This document shows positions 13,736 to 27,024 of a DNA stretch of 64,000 bases, in pieces. This DNA comes from Octopus vulgaris (lineage: Eukaryota). The stretch's first letter is position 1, and each line of letters opens with the position of its first letter. The DNA lies in the NCBI GenBank assembly GCA_951406725.2, contig OX597827.1, positions 9,176,001-9,240,000 on the forward strand, given 5' to 3'. Both the position numbers and the translations under genes were made by a program. Below the pieces are notes generated by a model. It was not told the origin of the DNA. It worked only from the letters and a program-made list of their open reading frames with translations, and did no database searches.

Positions 13736-14379
13736 TAATCAGACATGGATGCATGCTTGGAACGCATGAAGCCAAGAAGATTTACGAGAACTCGGTGCAA
13801 ATATACTTCCTGAGAAATCACTGATGCCGATATACACGATTTGTTTGTACTTGGAAATACATATTCATTTGACCACATGCACAGGCACAGATACACATGC
13901 ACACAGTAGTACAGACACAGACCCTTATATGACCCTGTATGTATTTGTGTGTGCTTCATGCATATGGAACAGAAGAAGAGATTGAGATGAACTGAAAGGT
14001 TAATGTGCCTGTGTTTAGAAATGATTAATAAATAGTCTAGCGATGGTGAAGTTTTTATTTAGGGATCTTAATAAACCTTGAAGAGTAAATTAGCCCCAGT
14101 CTCTTTGGAAACTTGTCATTGAGTTGTGTAAATAATTAAGACTCCAGCTATTTATTCATGCATGCGGTTCTATCTTCATAATCTATCTTTTGTATATATT
14201 TATGCCTGTCTCTTTCCCTCCCTCTCTCATCTATCTTTTTGTTTGTCCATCCATGTCTGTCTACATATTTATTTTTCCCACTACCCCCCCTGTCTCTCTC
14301 TCTCTCTCTTTCTCAATGTATGTGTGCATCTATGTGTATGTATGTAAGTATGCATGCATGTATGTATATATGTAACTAT

Positions 14380-14387
14380 ATATCTAC

Positions 14388-14429
<42 letters not shown>

Positions 14430-14451
14430 GTCTGTCTATCTATCTATCTAC

Positions 14452-14545
<94 letters not shown>

Positions 14546-14555
14546 GTCTATCTAC

Positions 14556-14595
<40 letters not shown>

Positions 14596-14642
14596 TTATC
14601 TGTCTGTCTATCTATCTACCTATCTATCTATCTATTTATTTA

Positions 14643-14681
<39 letters not shown>

Positions 14682-14711
14682 GTCTATCTACCTATCTATC
14701 TGTCTATCTAC

Positions 14712-14749
<38 letters not shown>

Positions 14750-14759
14750 GTCTATCTAC

Positions 14760-14831
<72 letters not shown>

Positions 14832-14878
14832 TTATCTGTCTGTCTATCTATCTACCTATCTATCTATCTATTTATTTA

Positions 14879-14915
<37 letters not shown>
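14380..14915. repeat. (TATC/TGTC)n tetranucleotide microsatellite
   Basis: Visible; source of the YLSI-repeat ORFs. Confidence 0.97.
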
Positions 14916-14916
<1 letters not shown>

Positions 14917-15262
14917 CAACTATCTATACACACACCCACACATGCATGCACACATGTGCACACACACACGCACGCACGCACGCACACATGCACTCGCGCA
15001 CACACACATCTGTTTTTCCATCTATGTATACTTGACTACAGTCTGGCTATCTGTATGCTTGTCTTTCCATCTTCGCAAATGGAGCAGCCCCTTTCCACTA
15101 AATTTCAGACCCTGTGCATAGGGAGCAGAAGAATTATTTACATTATTTACAATTGACGGATATTAGTCCTCATCTTGCTTGTTACTAACACAATGCTTTG
15201 CCTGATATAGCCTCCAGCCTTCATTAGGTGTCTTGGGGAACCCAGGTTCGAAATTTCGCCAA

Positions 15263-15308
15263 GACACCTGATGAAGGCTGGAGGGTATATCAGCCGAAAC
15301 ACTGTGTT
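15263..15308 (+). ncRNA. Minimal hammerhead ribozyme motif, degenerate at the cleavage site
   Basis: gacac-CTGATGA-a-ggctg gagggtatat cagcc-GAAAC-act-gtgtt; core and stems I/II intact, NUH triplet mutated. Confidence 0.65.
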
Positions 15309-15362
15309 ATCAACAAACAAGATGAGGACAAATATCCGTCAAATGTAAATAATGTAAATAAT

Positions 15363-15752
15363 CTTTTATCTTTTACTTGTTTCAGTCATTTGACTGCGGC
15401 TATGCTGGAGCACCACCTTTAATCGAGCAACTCGACCCCGGGACTTATTCTTTGTTAGCCCAGTACTTATTCTATCGGTCTCTTTTGCCGAACCGCTAAG
15501 TGACGGGGACGTAAACACACCAGCATCGGTTGTCAAGCAATGCTAGGGGGACAAACACAGACACACACTTATATATATATACATATATATGACAGGCTTC
15601 TTTCAATTTCCCTCTACCAAATCAACTCACAAGGCATTGGTCAGCCTGAGGCTATAGTAGAAGACACTTGCCCAAGGTGCCACGCAGTGGGACTGAACCC
15701 AGGACCATGTGGTTGGTAGGCAAGCTACTTACCACACAGCCACTCCTGCACC
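15363..15752 (-). mobile_element. SINE family A, nested in the palindromic element
   Basis: Full-length reverse-complement copy. Confidence 0.92.
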
Positions 15753-15914
15753 TATAATGTACATAATTCTTCATCTCTTAAATATAGAACTGTAGCAGAA
15801 GAATTATTCATACATACTCTTTGGAATGGTGAACTGGCAGAATTGTCAGAACATAAGGAAATTGCTGTGCAGCATTTGTTCAGACTCTACATCCTGACTT
15901 TGAATCCTGCATTG

Positions 15915-16300
15915 TATTCTTTTATTCTTTTATTTGTTTCAGAGATTTGACTGCGGACATGCTGGAGCACCACCTTTAATTGAATAAATTGCCCCCAGGA
16001 CTTGGTCTTTGTAAGCCTAGTACTTATTCAATCAGCCTCTTTTGCCGAACCGCTAAGTTATGAGGACGTAAACACACCAACATAAGTTGTCAAGCGCTAG
16101 TGGGAGAGGGGGCAAACACAGACACACAAACATACACACACACACACACACATGATGGGCTTCTTTTAGTTTCCATCCACACCCAAGGCTTTGGTCGGCC
16201 CGAGGCTATAGTAGAAGACACTTGCCCAAGGTGCCATGCAGTGGGACTGAACCTGGAACTATGAGGTCGAGAAGCAAGCTTCTTACCACTCAGCCATGTC
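15915..16300 (-). mobile_element. SINE family A, diverged copy
   Basis: Recognisable tail and head with an internal deletion. Confidence 0.8.
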
Positions 16301-16400
16301 TGTACCTTTTGTATTTTCTAAAGCAGCATAAAATCTGCGTTGCAACACCACAAGGTTACTCATCTACAGCTGAGTGGACTGAAGCAACAAGAAATGAAGT

Positions 16401-16837
16401 ACATTATTTACATTATTTATATTATTTACATTTGACGGATATTTGTCTTTTCTTTGCTGTAGCTACCATCACTTATAAGACTTGCCAATATTTCAGAGAA
16501 GTCAGACTTGTTCATCACCACTCTATCATTTCCCCTGTCTGCAGGAAGTATTATGATGGAATTGTCACTCTGTAGTCTTTTAATAGTGAACTTTTCTTCC
16601 TTAGTGATGTTTGGTTTAGGAAGTTTTGCTTTTTCTAGCACCTGTCTCATTTTCCACCTTAGTTCATCTCCCTGAGCTTTTGGTATCTTTATGGCTATCT
16701 CTTCAACAGGGGCTATTATGTCCAAGTATGGAATATGCTTGATCGTTGTTGCAAAGTTGAGACCTTTCTTCAGTACTGCTTCTTCAGAGCATTCTAGATA
16801 TTGGCTACTTACATTAATTACTGCTTTTACAGGTGGG
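16401..16837 (-). mobile_element. Penelope-like element fragment (ORF N-terminal region fused to terminal repeat), inserted in an old SINE
   Basis: VINVSS...LKKGLNFA...PNITKEE...IIILPADRGNDRVVMNKSDF matches the Penelope pre-RT motifs (L.KGLNF; PADKG); 6-bp TSD tgaagt at 16395-16400 and 16838-16843. Confidence 0.85.
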
Positions 16838-17269
16838 TGAAGTGCTTTGCTCAAGAGTACAATGTAGTGCCTGGTCTAGAAATCAAAACCATGAGTGTGA
16901 CACAACTGCAACATCCTTACCACAAGACTATCCCACTTCAGGGTTAATAGAATTAAATCTTGAGGCTGATGTGATTGACTAGTCCTCTCCCGAACTCTGG
17001 CCTTGTGCCTAAATCAGAAATCAAAACGTGTTTATATACTTTATGGTTTAGTCTGAAGGGGAAGTGCAACAGTTTTGACCCTTTTTTTAGGGTCTGCAAG
17101 TTTGGTTAGAGGTAGGAGAGTTGGAGGAAGGAGGAAGTTATGCTGAAACTTGGGACCAGAAATGAAGGCTTACAACAGAGGGACCTCTGCTAAAGGCAAC
17201 CACAGGCCAACTGGTAACATTAAATGAAGCAACAGTTCTTGGTACGAAGTTAACAAATCAAAATTTATA

Positions 17270-17692
17270 TACTCTTTTACTCTTTTACTCTTTACTCTTT
17301 TACTTGTTTCAGTCATTTGACTGCAGCCATGCTGGAGCACCGCCTTTTAATCGAGCAACTCGACCCCGGGACTTATTCTCTGTAAGCCTAGTACTTATTC
17401 TATCGGTCTCTTTTGCCAAACCGCTAAGTGACGGGGACATAAACACACCAGCATCAGTTGTCAAGCTATGCTAGGGGGACAAACACAGACATACATGCAC
17501 ACACATATATACATATATATACATATATACGATGGGCTTCTTTCAGTTTCCATCTACCAAATCCACTCACAAGGCTTTGGTCGGCCCGAGGCTATAGTAG
17601 AAGACACTTGCCCAAGGTGCCACACAGTGGGACTGAACCCGGAACCATGTGGTTGGTAAACAAGCTACTTACCACACAGCCACTCCTGCGCC
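17270..17692 (-). mobile_element. SINE family A
   Basis: Full-length copy. Confidence 0.92.
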
Positions 17693-18405
17693 TATAATTC
17701 ATATAAGAAAGTAAGCTTTCATTTAGTAAAAAAAAAAAAAAAAAAAGACATAACTATATTCTGATTTTACCAGAATGGTTCTTCATTGAATAAAAATTTT
17801 GCTTGAAATTTCAGAATATTCGGCTTATTTTACCAACTGTAGAAAATTCATTTTGCTGATACGGTTTTCTTTGAACTCCAATGAGTTAATCTTCCTTCAT
17901 CTGCTCTGAAGTCAAACAATCAGCTTATCATCTATCATTTTGCTACACAGGACTTGTGTTAAAGCAATTATTTGCTGTCGGGGACATACATTAAACCAAT
18001 TATCTTTCCTCAATTACTTGCTTTTCTATAGACTATTTTAATGTTATAGTAAAGCGAACACTAATATACTTAATGTAGTGAACCAAGAAAATCTAATTGA
18101 TTAAAATTATAGCTTTAATAAGAATACCCAATCATTATCTTAATGACTAATTGTGGCCAAGAAAAAGATGGGAGACAACTTATGTCTGTCTTAAATCTAA
18201 TTAATCATTTAAATAAAGACTGGTCTTCTAACCACTGACTGTGAAATTTTGATGAATTAAAATTTTTGGACTGTTTCATTAAATATCCACTTAGCTGTTT
18301 GTTTTTCATGCAGTAGGTACCCTAGGTATACTTACCCCACTGTCATGCCCATTCCTTTTGTTATAAATCAAAATAACTGTCCATGGCAATCAGTACAATT
18401 TGCTA

Positions 18406-18814
18406 TACTCTTTTTACTTGTTTCAGTCATTTGACTGCGGCCATGCTGGAGCACCACCTTTAGTTGAGCAAATCAACCCCAGGACTCATTCTTTGTAAGC
18501 CTAGTACTTAATCTATCGATCTCTTATGCAGAACTGCTAAATTATGGGGATGTAAACACACCACATCGGTTGTCAAGCGATGTTGGGGGGACAAACACAG
18601 ACACACAAACATATACACACACATACATATATATATATATACATATATATACGATGGGCCTCTTTCAGTTTCTGTCTTCCAAATCCACTCACAAGGCTTT
18701 GGTCAGCCCGAGGCTATAGTAGAAGGCACTTGTCCAAGGTGTCATACAGTGGAACTGAACCCGGAACCATGTGGTTGGTAAACAAGCTACTTACCACATA
18801 GCCATTCCTGTGCC
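18406..18814 (-). mobile_element. SINE family A
   Basis: Full-length, moderately diverged copy. Confidence 0.9.
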
Positions 18815-19109
18815 TATACATAAGAATATTATGGTATTTTCTAAAACAATATGTCTATCTGATATGAGAATTGTAATATCATACTTTGAATCAAAACACA
18901 AGAAATGGTAGCTAAATATTCCTTCACAAGTGTCCCATAATAAGAGACACACTCGATAATATAGCCTTAGATAGAAATGTGTCTGGGGCTAAAAAGAAGA
19001 CAGGTTTTTTATGTCTGTATTATCATATGTCAGTAGATTCCCTCAATCGGGCTGTCTGAGAGCATAACAACAATTTCTCAAATGTATTTGGGATTCATAT
19101 AAGATATCC

Positions 19110-19421
19110 TCACCACAACGACGACGACATGGCGATGATGATGCTGACAACCACTACCACCACCACCACCACCATCATGAACGTTGTCATCATTGTTAAC
19201 CTTGTCATCATCATCATCGTCATCATTGTGATGGTCAGCATTATCATTAGCATCATCTTCCTCATCGTCTTCATCATCATCATCATCCATGATCACGATC
19301 ATCATCATCATCATTGTCATGGTCAGCATTATCATTGGCATCATCTTCCTCATCGTCTTCATCATCATCATCGTCCATCATCATGATCATGATGATAATC
19401 ATCATCATCATCATCATCATT
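19110..19421. repeat. (CAT)n-rich tract with an internal ~90-bp duplication
   Basis: atggtcagcattatcatt(a/g)gcatcatcttcctcatcgtcttcatc occurs twice. Confidence 0.9.
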
Positions 19422-19753
19422 AGAAGCAGAGGCAGCAGGTACAAGCAGCAGCTTTTTACATCTACCTTTCTCTGTCGGTATTGTTTGGACAGTTTTTCTG
19501 AGGCTGTTTTTTAATGGAAGGCTAGATGCCACTTAGCACTGCTTCTAACCTTTCTAGTCATGCCTTAGGACAGGACACGCAGAGTTATGATATACAATAC
19601 CCCTATTTTAAAACTGGGATGACTGTATGGTTTCAGATATGTCCATCAAAAATTTATATTCCCAGTTAGCAATGAGGAATTGTAAATAAAAGAAAATAGT
19701 TTACAGTGTATAAGCTAGGAATTGAACTCGTTGGATTCTTCTTATATTTTTAA

Positions 19754-20650
19754 CCTCAGCATGGCAGCTATGCAGTAAATGAAACCAGGAAAGGAACAGG
19801 ATGATATATAAAGAATAGCAAATAAATCAAGAAGAGTAGTTACTAGTAATGGTAGATTGGCATAGACAGAATTCCTGGCTGCATTTAATTACAGCTCATA
19901 TATACACATATCCAAAACATAAAAACAAAACAAATTATTCAAATTACTCTGTCAAATATAATGTTTATTTTTTTACATTGCTTTTAATTAATCATACATT
20001 ATCTTTCAGCTTCGAGATTTTGATGACATTGTAGGGAAGATGTGAAAGGTCAGATCTGGTCAATTTAAATATAAATAAAGGTTGGCATGTAAAAAATACG
20101 ATTCGAGCATGGTTGATGCCATTGCTGCCTGACTGGCCCTCATGCCGGTGGCATGTAAAAAGCTCTCGCTACACTCTCGGAGTGGTTGGCATTAGGAAGG
20201 GCATCCAGCTATAGAAACCTTGCCAGACCAGATTGGAACCTGGTGCAACCTCCTGGCTTGCCAGTCCTCAGTCAAACCATCCAACCCATGCCAGTGTGGA
20301 AAGTAGATATTAAACGATGGTGATGATGATGGTGATGATGATGACGATGATGATGATGATGATGATGATGATGTTTAATATTTGTGCCAGATAAGGTTGG
20401 TTTAAATTGTAGAGGGTGAAGAAGAGCTGTTGGTGTCTGTTGCAATGATATTTACATATAATGGTAGTTTTCATTTTGTTTTTATGTTTTGGATATGTGT
20501 ATATATGAGCTGTAATTAAATACAGCCAGGAATTCTGTCTATGCCAATCTACCATTACTAGTAACTACTCTTCTTGATTTATTTGCTGTTCTTTATATAT
20601 TGTCCTCTTCCTTTCCTGGTTTCATTTACTGCATAGCGGCCATGCTGGGG
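19754..20650. repeat. ~177-bp inverted repeat pair (19754-19930 / 20474-20650)
   Basis: The same peptide MVDWHRQNSWL..ITAHIYTYPKHKNK appears on opposite strands; few mismatches between arms. Confidence 0.9.
20084..20373 (+). mobile_element. (GAT)n-tailed retroposon 3' end (probable RTE 3' UTR)
   Basis: gagtggttggcattaggaagggcatccagct...ccaacccatgccag...taaacgatg(gat)n; related copies near 21642, 35680, 52787 and 56030. Confidence 0.75.
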
Positions 20651-20961
20651 CACCAAAATTTTTATTTTATTTTTCATTTTTAGTTGGTCATATTGTCAGT
20701 ATTAGTTATTTCAATTTGGTATATATTTTATCAGTTTATATTAAGCAGCACTGAGTAATTAAGTTCACTTCACATGTACATGTTCTCCGGTTCAATCCTA
20801 ACATGTGGATAACTTGGGCATGTGACTTTTACTCTGATCCTGGACTGACCTAAGCCTTGTGCATGGATTTAGTTGATGGAAAATAAAAGAAGCCCATCAT
20901 ATACATATAAGAGCAGATATACATATATACCCACATATATACTTACATACATACTCACACA

Positions 20962-21183
20962 TATGAGGAAGTGCTGAAAAGTTCCTGGGTTTGGGTAAAA
21001 GAAAATACAGGAGGATCAGTTAATTAGGATTTTTTTTAACATATTTCCCTTCTCAGATTCAAACGCTTATTGCAGTGGTCCTCCAGTTTTTCTAAATTCT
21101 GTGAAAGAATTTGGTAGGTTAAACCTCAGGCCAGGTCTTTCATGAAACCCTTAAAGCCAGGAACGTTTCAGTACCCTCTCATA
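20962..21183. mobile_element. Mariner-type MITE
   Basis: ~30-bp imperfect TIRs tatgaggaagtgctgaaaagttcctgggttt / aaagccaggaacgtttcagtaccctctcata, TA ends, no ORF. Confidence 0.75.
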
Positions 21184-21641
21184 CACACACACACACACAC
21201 ATGCATATCCATCTATATCCTTCAAAACTTCCATGCTTTCTGAGATTCGCCAACACTACACCTGATTTTCTCCCCTCCATACACAAGCATGTATCTGACT
21301 CATGCATTGTTCGCTTTCCAGACATTTGTACATTACTGCATATACTCTGACAAGTTGTGGTGCACCTGAGCACTGTATACAATAATATATTTATATACCT
21401 ATATATTTGTGTTTGTAGGTATGTGTGTTTGTGTCTCCTTGTCTTGATGTCATGGGATGTGTTGAAAGCGAGCATCAGGAAAAGACAAGATACAAGCAGT
21501 GTCCTTTGAAACCATTCTAACCAATACCATAGGTAAACATTACTTTGCTGAGAAACAGGTAAGGGCTGGAGACGGGATTGAACACCCAGTTGTAGAAAAT
21601 GTGCTTCAAAGAATCTTGTCTAACACATGCAAACATGGAAA

Positions 21642-22025
21642 CATCATCATCATCGTTTAGCGTTCACTTTCCATGCTAGCATGGGTTGGACGGTTCAACT
21701 AGGGTCTGGGAAGCTCAAAGGCTGCACCAGGCCAGTCAGATATGGCAGTGTTTCTACAGCTGGATGCCCTTCCTAATGCCAACCACTCCGTGAGTGTAGT
21801 GGGTGCTTTTTATGTGCCACCGACATAGGTGCCAGACGAGGCTGGCAAACGGCCATGCTCGGATGGTGTTTTTTATGTGCTACCGGCACGGAGGCCAGGC
21901 CAGGCTGGCACGGCCACGATCGGATGGTGTTTGTTACGTGCCACCAGCATGGAGGCCAGTCGATGCGGTACTGGCTACGGCCACGTTCGGATGGTTTTCT
22001 TATGTGCCACCGGCACTGGTACCAC
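21642..22025 (-). mobile_element. (GAT)n-tailed retroposon 3' end with internal ~60-70-bp tandem repeats
   Basis: Reverse complement of the 20084 family; repeated gtgccacc..gc....ggcc..g.tcggatggt unit. Confidence 0.75.
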
Positions 22026-22339
22026 AAAACTATATGCTAAAATGTTGATGATGATGAAAATGACGATGATGACAATGGTGACGAAGATATAGTTCCCGTT
22101 TTTTTTAATTAGCACTGTTGTATAGAACACATGAAAACAAAAATGAACATGATTATCTTAATCTTATGAGCAATGATATTCCTTATTGCTTTTCTTTGCT
22201 GTTCTTCCTTATTACTAAATATTACAATGAATAATGTAATTCAGTTTGCAGTTTGAAAACTGTTCTCTTAGTTGTACAATAAAGAAATCAATTGTGATTT
22301 GTGCTCCCTGCAGTTTCTGTCATGTATAGACAAAGTGAG

Positions 22340-22341
22340 AA

Positions 22342-22384
<43 letters not shown>

Positions 22385-22580
22385 GTGGAGAAAGAAAGAA
22401 AGAAAGAAAGAATGAAAAAAGAGTGTGAGGGAATTTAATGAAATAAAGCAATGACAGCAATATATACACATATCTACAAACATTAACACATACATACATG
22501 CATACATGCATGTATATATGTACATATATATATGTTTATATATACATGTGTATGTGTGCGAACATGTATGTGTATGTGTG

Positions 22581-22612
<32 letters not shown>

Positions 22613-22617
22613 CATAC

Positions 22618-22676
<59 letters not shown>

Positions 22677-22690
22677 TATACATACATGCA
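22340..22690. repeat. GA/GAAA/TA/CA microsatellites
   Basis: Visible. Confidence 0.9.
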
Positions 22691-23365
22691 CAAACACACC
22701 AATATATAATCATTCTTGAAATAATCGTAATTTATATTTTTCTAAAATCCATATTTTCTCTCAATGGATATTGATCAATGTTTCTGTACAAATAAATAGA
22801 ATTTATTGATGGAAAATATCAATATTAGTTCATTAATTTTTTTTTTATCTAGTTGAACTGTTATCCGAAACTTCTAGAAGTTTATAATTTTCTTTGCTAT
22901 GAAACTCAATAGAAATAGGCAATAATTTTTTGTTATATTTTCTCGAAAGTGAAAATAATTTTGTTTTTAATTTCAACAACTAGGTGAAAACTATACTTCA
23001 TAATATTTCTAAATAAAATTAAAGAAGGAAAATCTTTAAAAAATAAGACAAAAGTGATTGCATTTAGAAATGTTAGAATTTGTCTCTCATGATATCTAAA
23101 GATTTTGGTGCATCCCTTTTGTTTTAGCCATTGGACTGCTGTTGGACTAAAGCGCTTCAAGTGTTTTAGCAAAACAGATTGACCTCAGTAAATTTTCTTT
23201 CCTTTTAAGTCTGGTATATGAGGGAGTAGAGAAATGAAAGAAAAAGGCAATCAACACATTTAGTAGGAGTTATATATATTATTCAAAGCATTTTGATTTG
23301 GCTCTATGTGACTAATTTCACAGGCATCTAACAGAAACCCATATACATGCATATACATACATACA

Positions 23366-23399
<34 letters not shown>

Positions 23400-23477
23400 C
23401 ATACATACATACATACATACATGCATACATACATGCATACATACATACATACATACATGCATACATACATACATATA

Positions 23478-24046
23478 CAGGGGTTTGACAAAATAATGGA
23501 AACATCTAGCGTCATAGCATCATAATTTTGAAATATCTATAAAACCATCAAAAGCTTGTTTATTTTTATGTTTTTTGATTTAATATTAGTGTTGCTTAAT
23601 ATGTTTTGCTGTTTTTTTCCAGATATCATCAGAAAAAGGTAATTAAAATCCATTAAAATGACTGAACTATTGGACTTTAAAAGAGGCCAAATTGTTGGTG
23701 CTCGTATGGCAGGCACTAAGTGATGAAAACAGCCGAAATGTTTGGTGTATCAAGAAGTACTATCTCGAAAGTAATGACAGCCTTTGAGAAAAAGGGTAAA
23801 ACCTCCTTGTTGAAACAAAACTCCGGAAGAAAATCAAAACTTTCAGATAGGGACCATCGGACTCTTATGTGAATTGTTAGAAGGATCACAAAAGTGTAGC
23901 TCCCAAAATTACTGCAAAGCTTAATGACCACCTTGAGAACCAAGTTTCTACAAAAACTGTTTACTGGAAACTGCACAAAGCTGGATTTTACAGGAGGGCT
24001 GCAATCAGAAAAACCACAACTTTCAAAAAGAAACGCTGCAAAGTAG
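23478..24046 (+). pseudogene. Tc1-like DNA transposon remnant (left TIR and N-terminal transposase)
   Basis: TA|CAGGGGTTTGACAAAATAATGGAAACA end; from 23658 MTELLDFKRGQIVGARMAG...AEMFGVSRSTISKV...SGRKSKLSDRD...LHKAGFYRRAAIRK with stops and frameshifts. Confidence 0.88.
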
Positions 24047-24712
24047 GGCCAAAGACCCATAAAGGCCCTAAGCACTTAAATGATTTTGGTACCTCCATAT
24101 ATATGTTATTCGAAATATAAACAATAGCAAACCATAAAATAAATCTTTATTTTTCAAAAGGAAACAAACCAAGAGTAAGATTAAAAATTATGTCTGTTTT
24201 TGTATACTTCCTCTTTATTTATATTTGAACAGTTTTCTCCTACTTCTGTTTATGTTTTTGATCAGATCCTCAAAATGAATCTTACATAAAATATCTGCTT
24301 CTATACTTAGTAGAGATAAGGCATCCCAAATATTATTTTAGCAAGTTTAAAGTGATTTCTTTTGTGCTGTGAACCATTTACTATTTCTGTGGTGACCTCC
24401 ACTTCTCTTGATGCTCTAAGCACATGCTTATTTTGCTTTATGGTCAATCCGGTGGTGTCTTTAGGGTTATGCCTCAGCAGAGCCATAGCTCAATGACTGA
24501 AGCAACATATTAGTCCATAGAATTTTTATGATGTGAACAGATTAACTCGTTAATAAAACAGCTTTTTCATTATTCACGTTAAACGATGATGATGATGATG
24601 ATGATGATGAGGATGATGATGACATTGTTTCCTTATTGAGTTCTAAGTTACAGTTAACTGCTTGTGTCTTACAATATTTTGATACATCTTTCCATTGAAA
24701 TTTATATATTCA

Positions 24713-24922
24713 TGCATGTGTGTGTGTGTGTATGTGTGTGTGTGTGTGTGTGCATGTATATGTACTATATATATATATGCACATGTGTGTGTATGTGTAT
24801 GCATGTGCATGTGTGTGTGTATGTATGTGTGTGTATGTATGTATTTATGTGTCTATGTGTATGTGCATATGTATATATATATATATATATAAATATATAT
24901 ATATATCTGTGTGTGTGTGTTT
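24713..24922. repeat. TG/TA microsatellite
   Basis: Visible. Confidence 0.9.
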
Positions 24923-25274
24923 GCATGTTTCACCAATGTACATTGGCTAAGAATATACATTGACAAAAAGAAAGAGAAGTTTAGTACTCTACAAATAAAA
25001 TCCTTTGAAATATTTGTTTCACAATAAACTACAGACACTTTCCCCGCATTTTAGCCCTGAAAAACGCTAGTGATTATTCCTCTGGAAATCTGTAATCAGT
25101 GTCTGTATTGTATTCCAATAATCATATAAAATTACAAAATATTCAATCAGCTGCATTTAGCAGTAGTTTACTCATGGGAACAAACTATATTTGACAGTAG
25201 TATATAAACTGATGATTATTGTAACTAATCATACAAGTATAATAATTATAAACACAGATAATTTTTTTCTGCTA

Positions 25275-25679
25275 TAATAATCCTTTCTGCTATAGGCATA
25301 CGGCCTGGATTTTGTGGGGAGGAGGACAGTTGATCCCATCGACCCCAGTACACAACTGGTACTTAATTTATTCCCCCTGAAAGAATTAAAGGCAAAGTTG
25401 ACTTCGATCAATCGAATTTGAACTCAGAACATAGCAATGAGTGAAATACCTATTTCTTTACTACCCACAAGGGGCTAAACACAGAGGGGACAAACAAGGA
25501 CAGACAAATGGATTAAGTCAATATATCGACACCAGTGTGTAACTGGTACTTATTTAATCGACCCTGAAAGGATGAAAAGCAAAGTCGACCTTGGCGGAAT
25601 TTTAACTCAAACGTAGTGGCAGACAAAATACCGCTAAGAATTTTACCCAGTGTGCTAATGTTTCTACCAGCTCGCTGCC
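25275..25679 (-). mobile_element. SINE family B dimer (head and body followed by a second body with an alternative tail)
   Basis: Junction aaagaaata|ggtatttc on the minus strand is identical to that at 5670. Confidence 0.85.
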
Positions 25680-26648
25680 TTTTATTTCTGCTATAAAAAT
25701 GTCATTTTTGCTTAAGAGATGATCCATATGAAAGTTATGCTAAAATAGGGGAAACAGATGTAACAACATTGCATCATTATGAAAATAGAATCTTTAAAAT
25801 ATAACTCATATCCTAATATATTTCAACACTCACTTTTTAATTCTCTCTTTTTTATTTAGATTATATTTTTCTTTACTTGTAAGATTAACCATTACCTACC
25901 AGTGTTTTCCAAAGTCCTCTATATTGTGATCCACTTTCAGGATTTATATTGGTGAGATAATAACTTTAAAGTACCTAATGTGATAAGCAACATACTCTTT
26001 CTTTCATACCATTTCCAGATATTCAAATCCCATGAATAAAACTGAATACAAATTTCTCTTCCTTGTGGCAATATTAGATATCCTATTTTCTGCTTATAAT
26101 CAACAGAAATTATTTTAGTCGAAACAAAATAAATAAATATGCATAAAAAAAAACTAAAAACTAAAAATTGAAAAAAAAAATGAAAATTATAAAATAAAAT
26201 GAAAAATATAAAATAAGAAGGGGATAACAAATTTTTAATATTTCCTAGCTTGAAGCTAATAACTAAAATTTACTCTTGTTAAGAAAATCTATAAAAATAA
26301 ATTAATTTTGATATGGTAATATTTTTCCTGCCTTTCCTCATTTAATGATAAAGTTTAGATGCCTTAAATGTGATTCATTATGGAAATATTCATTATGGAA
26401 TAAAAGATTTCATAACCATCGTAGACAATGAAATATGGACTAGGAATAATTGTAGTATTAGGTTTTATACACTTCCTCATGTAATTTGCTTACAAGATTA
26501 TATGAACTGATTACTAATAGAAAATACAAGCAGATCAAGTATGATATTTTTAATATGATGAAAATCAGAAACAAAAATAAAGGTAAACCTGGGACTGAGA
26601 AAATATCTCAAGGTATATGTAATATAAATTACATTCAAATATTAGAAA

Positions 26649-27024
26649 CTAGCAGTATCGCCCCGGCGTTGCTCGGGTTTGTAAGGGAAATAACTATAAA
26701 GCATTTTTAGAGAGTTATAGCCAAAAAATGGGAAAAAAATTATGGTAAATTTTTTTTTGAGAGTTAAAAAGGTCGAGTTGCGTCCCCTAGACAGTCTGTG
26801 GTTTGTGTTTCTGATTCTCGACCCCCATGTCGAATTTATCGATTTTTCTCAGAACTGGGGGAACTTTTCAAAATTTTCGCTGCATTAGTTTTGAATTATG
26901 ACATTGGGCTATGTGTGTGTCAAGTTTCATCAGAATCGGTTGAAAGCCGTGGTCAGGGTGAGGGTACAACCTAACAGACACACAGACACGCAGACAGACA
27001 AACTGCCGTTTATATAGAGAGAGA
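26649..27024 (-). mobile_element. Non-autonomous Helitron (same 3' end as 4660, different 5' part)
   Basis: Minus strand: TC start, subterminal cccgagcaacgccggg hairpin, CTAG end, A|T target. Confidence 0.8.

Larger units (their letters stand above)
15139..15793. mobile_element. Palindromic Penelope-terminal element with hammerhead-like motif, 15-bp TSD and a nested SINE
   Basis: Arms about 15133-15236 and 15259-15363; direct repeat agcagaagaattatt at 15124-15138 and 15794-15808; terminus shared with the Penelope fragment at 16401-16447. Confidence 0.8.

Noticed and set aside
13740-13880. Complex sequence resembling a coding exon
   Set aside because: Short frames, no convincing splice sites and no recognisable domain
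14239-15156. 305-aa ORF, the longest in the track
   Set aside because: Stop-free reading of (TATC)n
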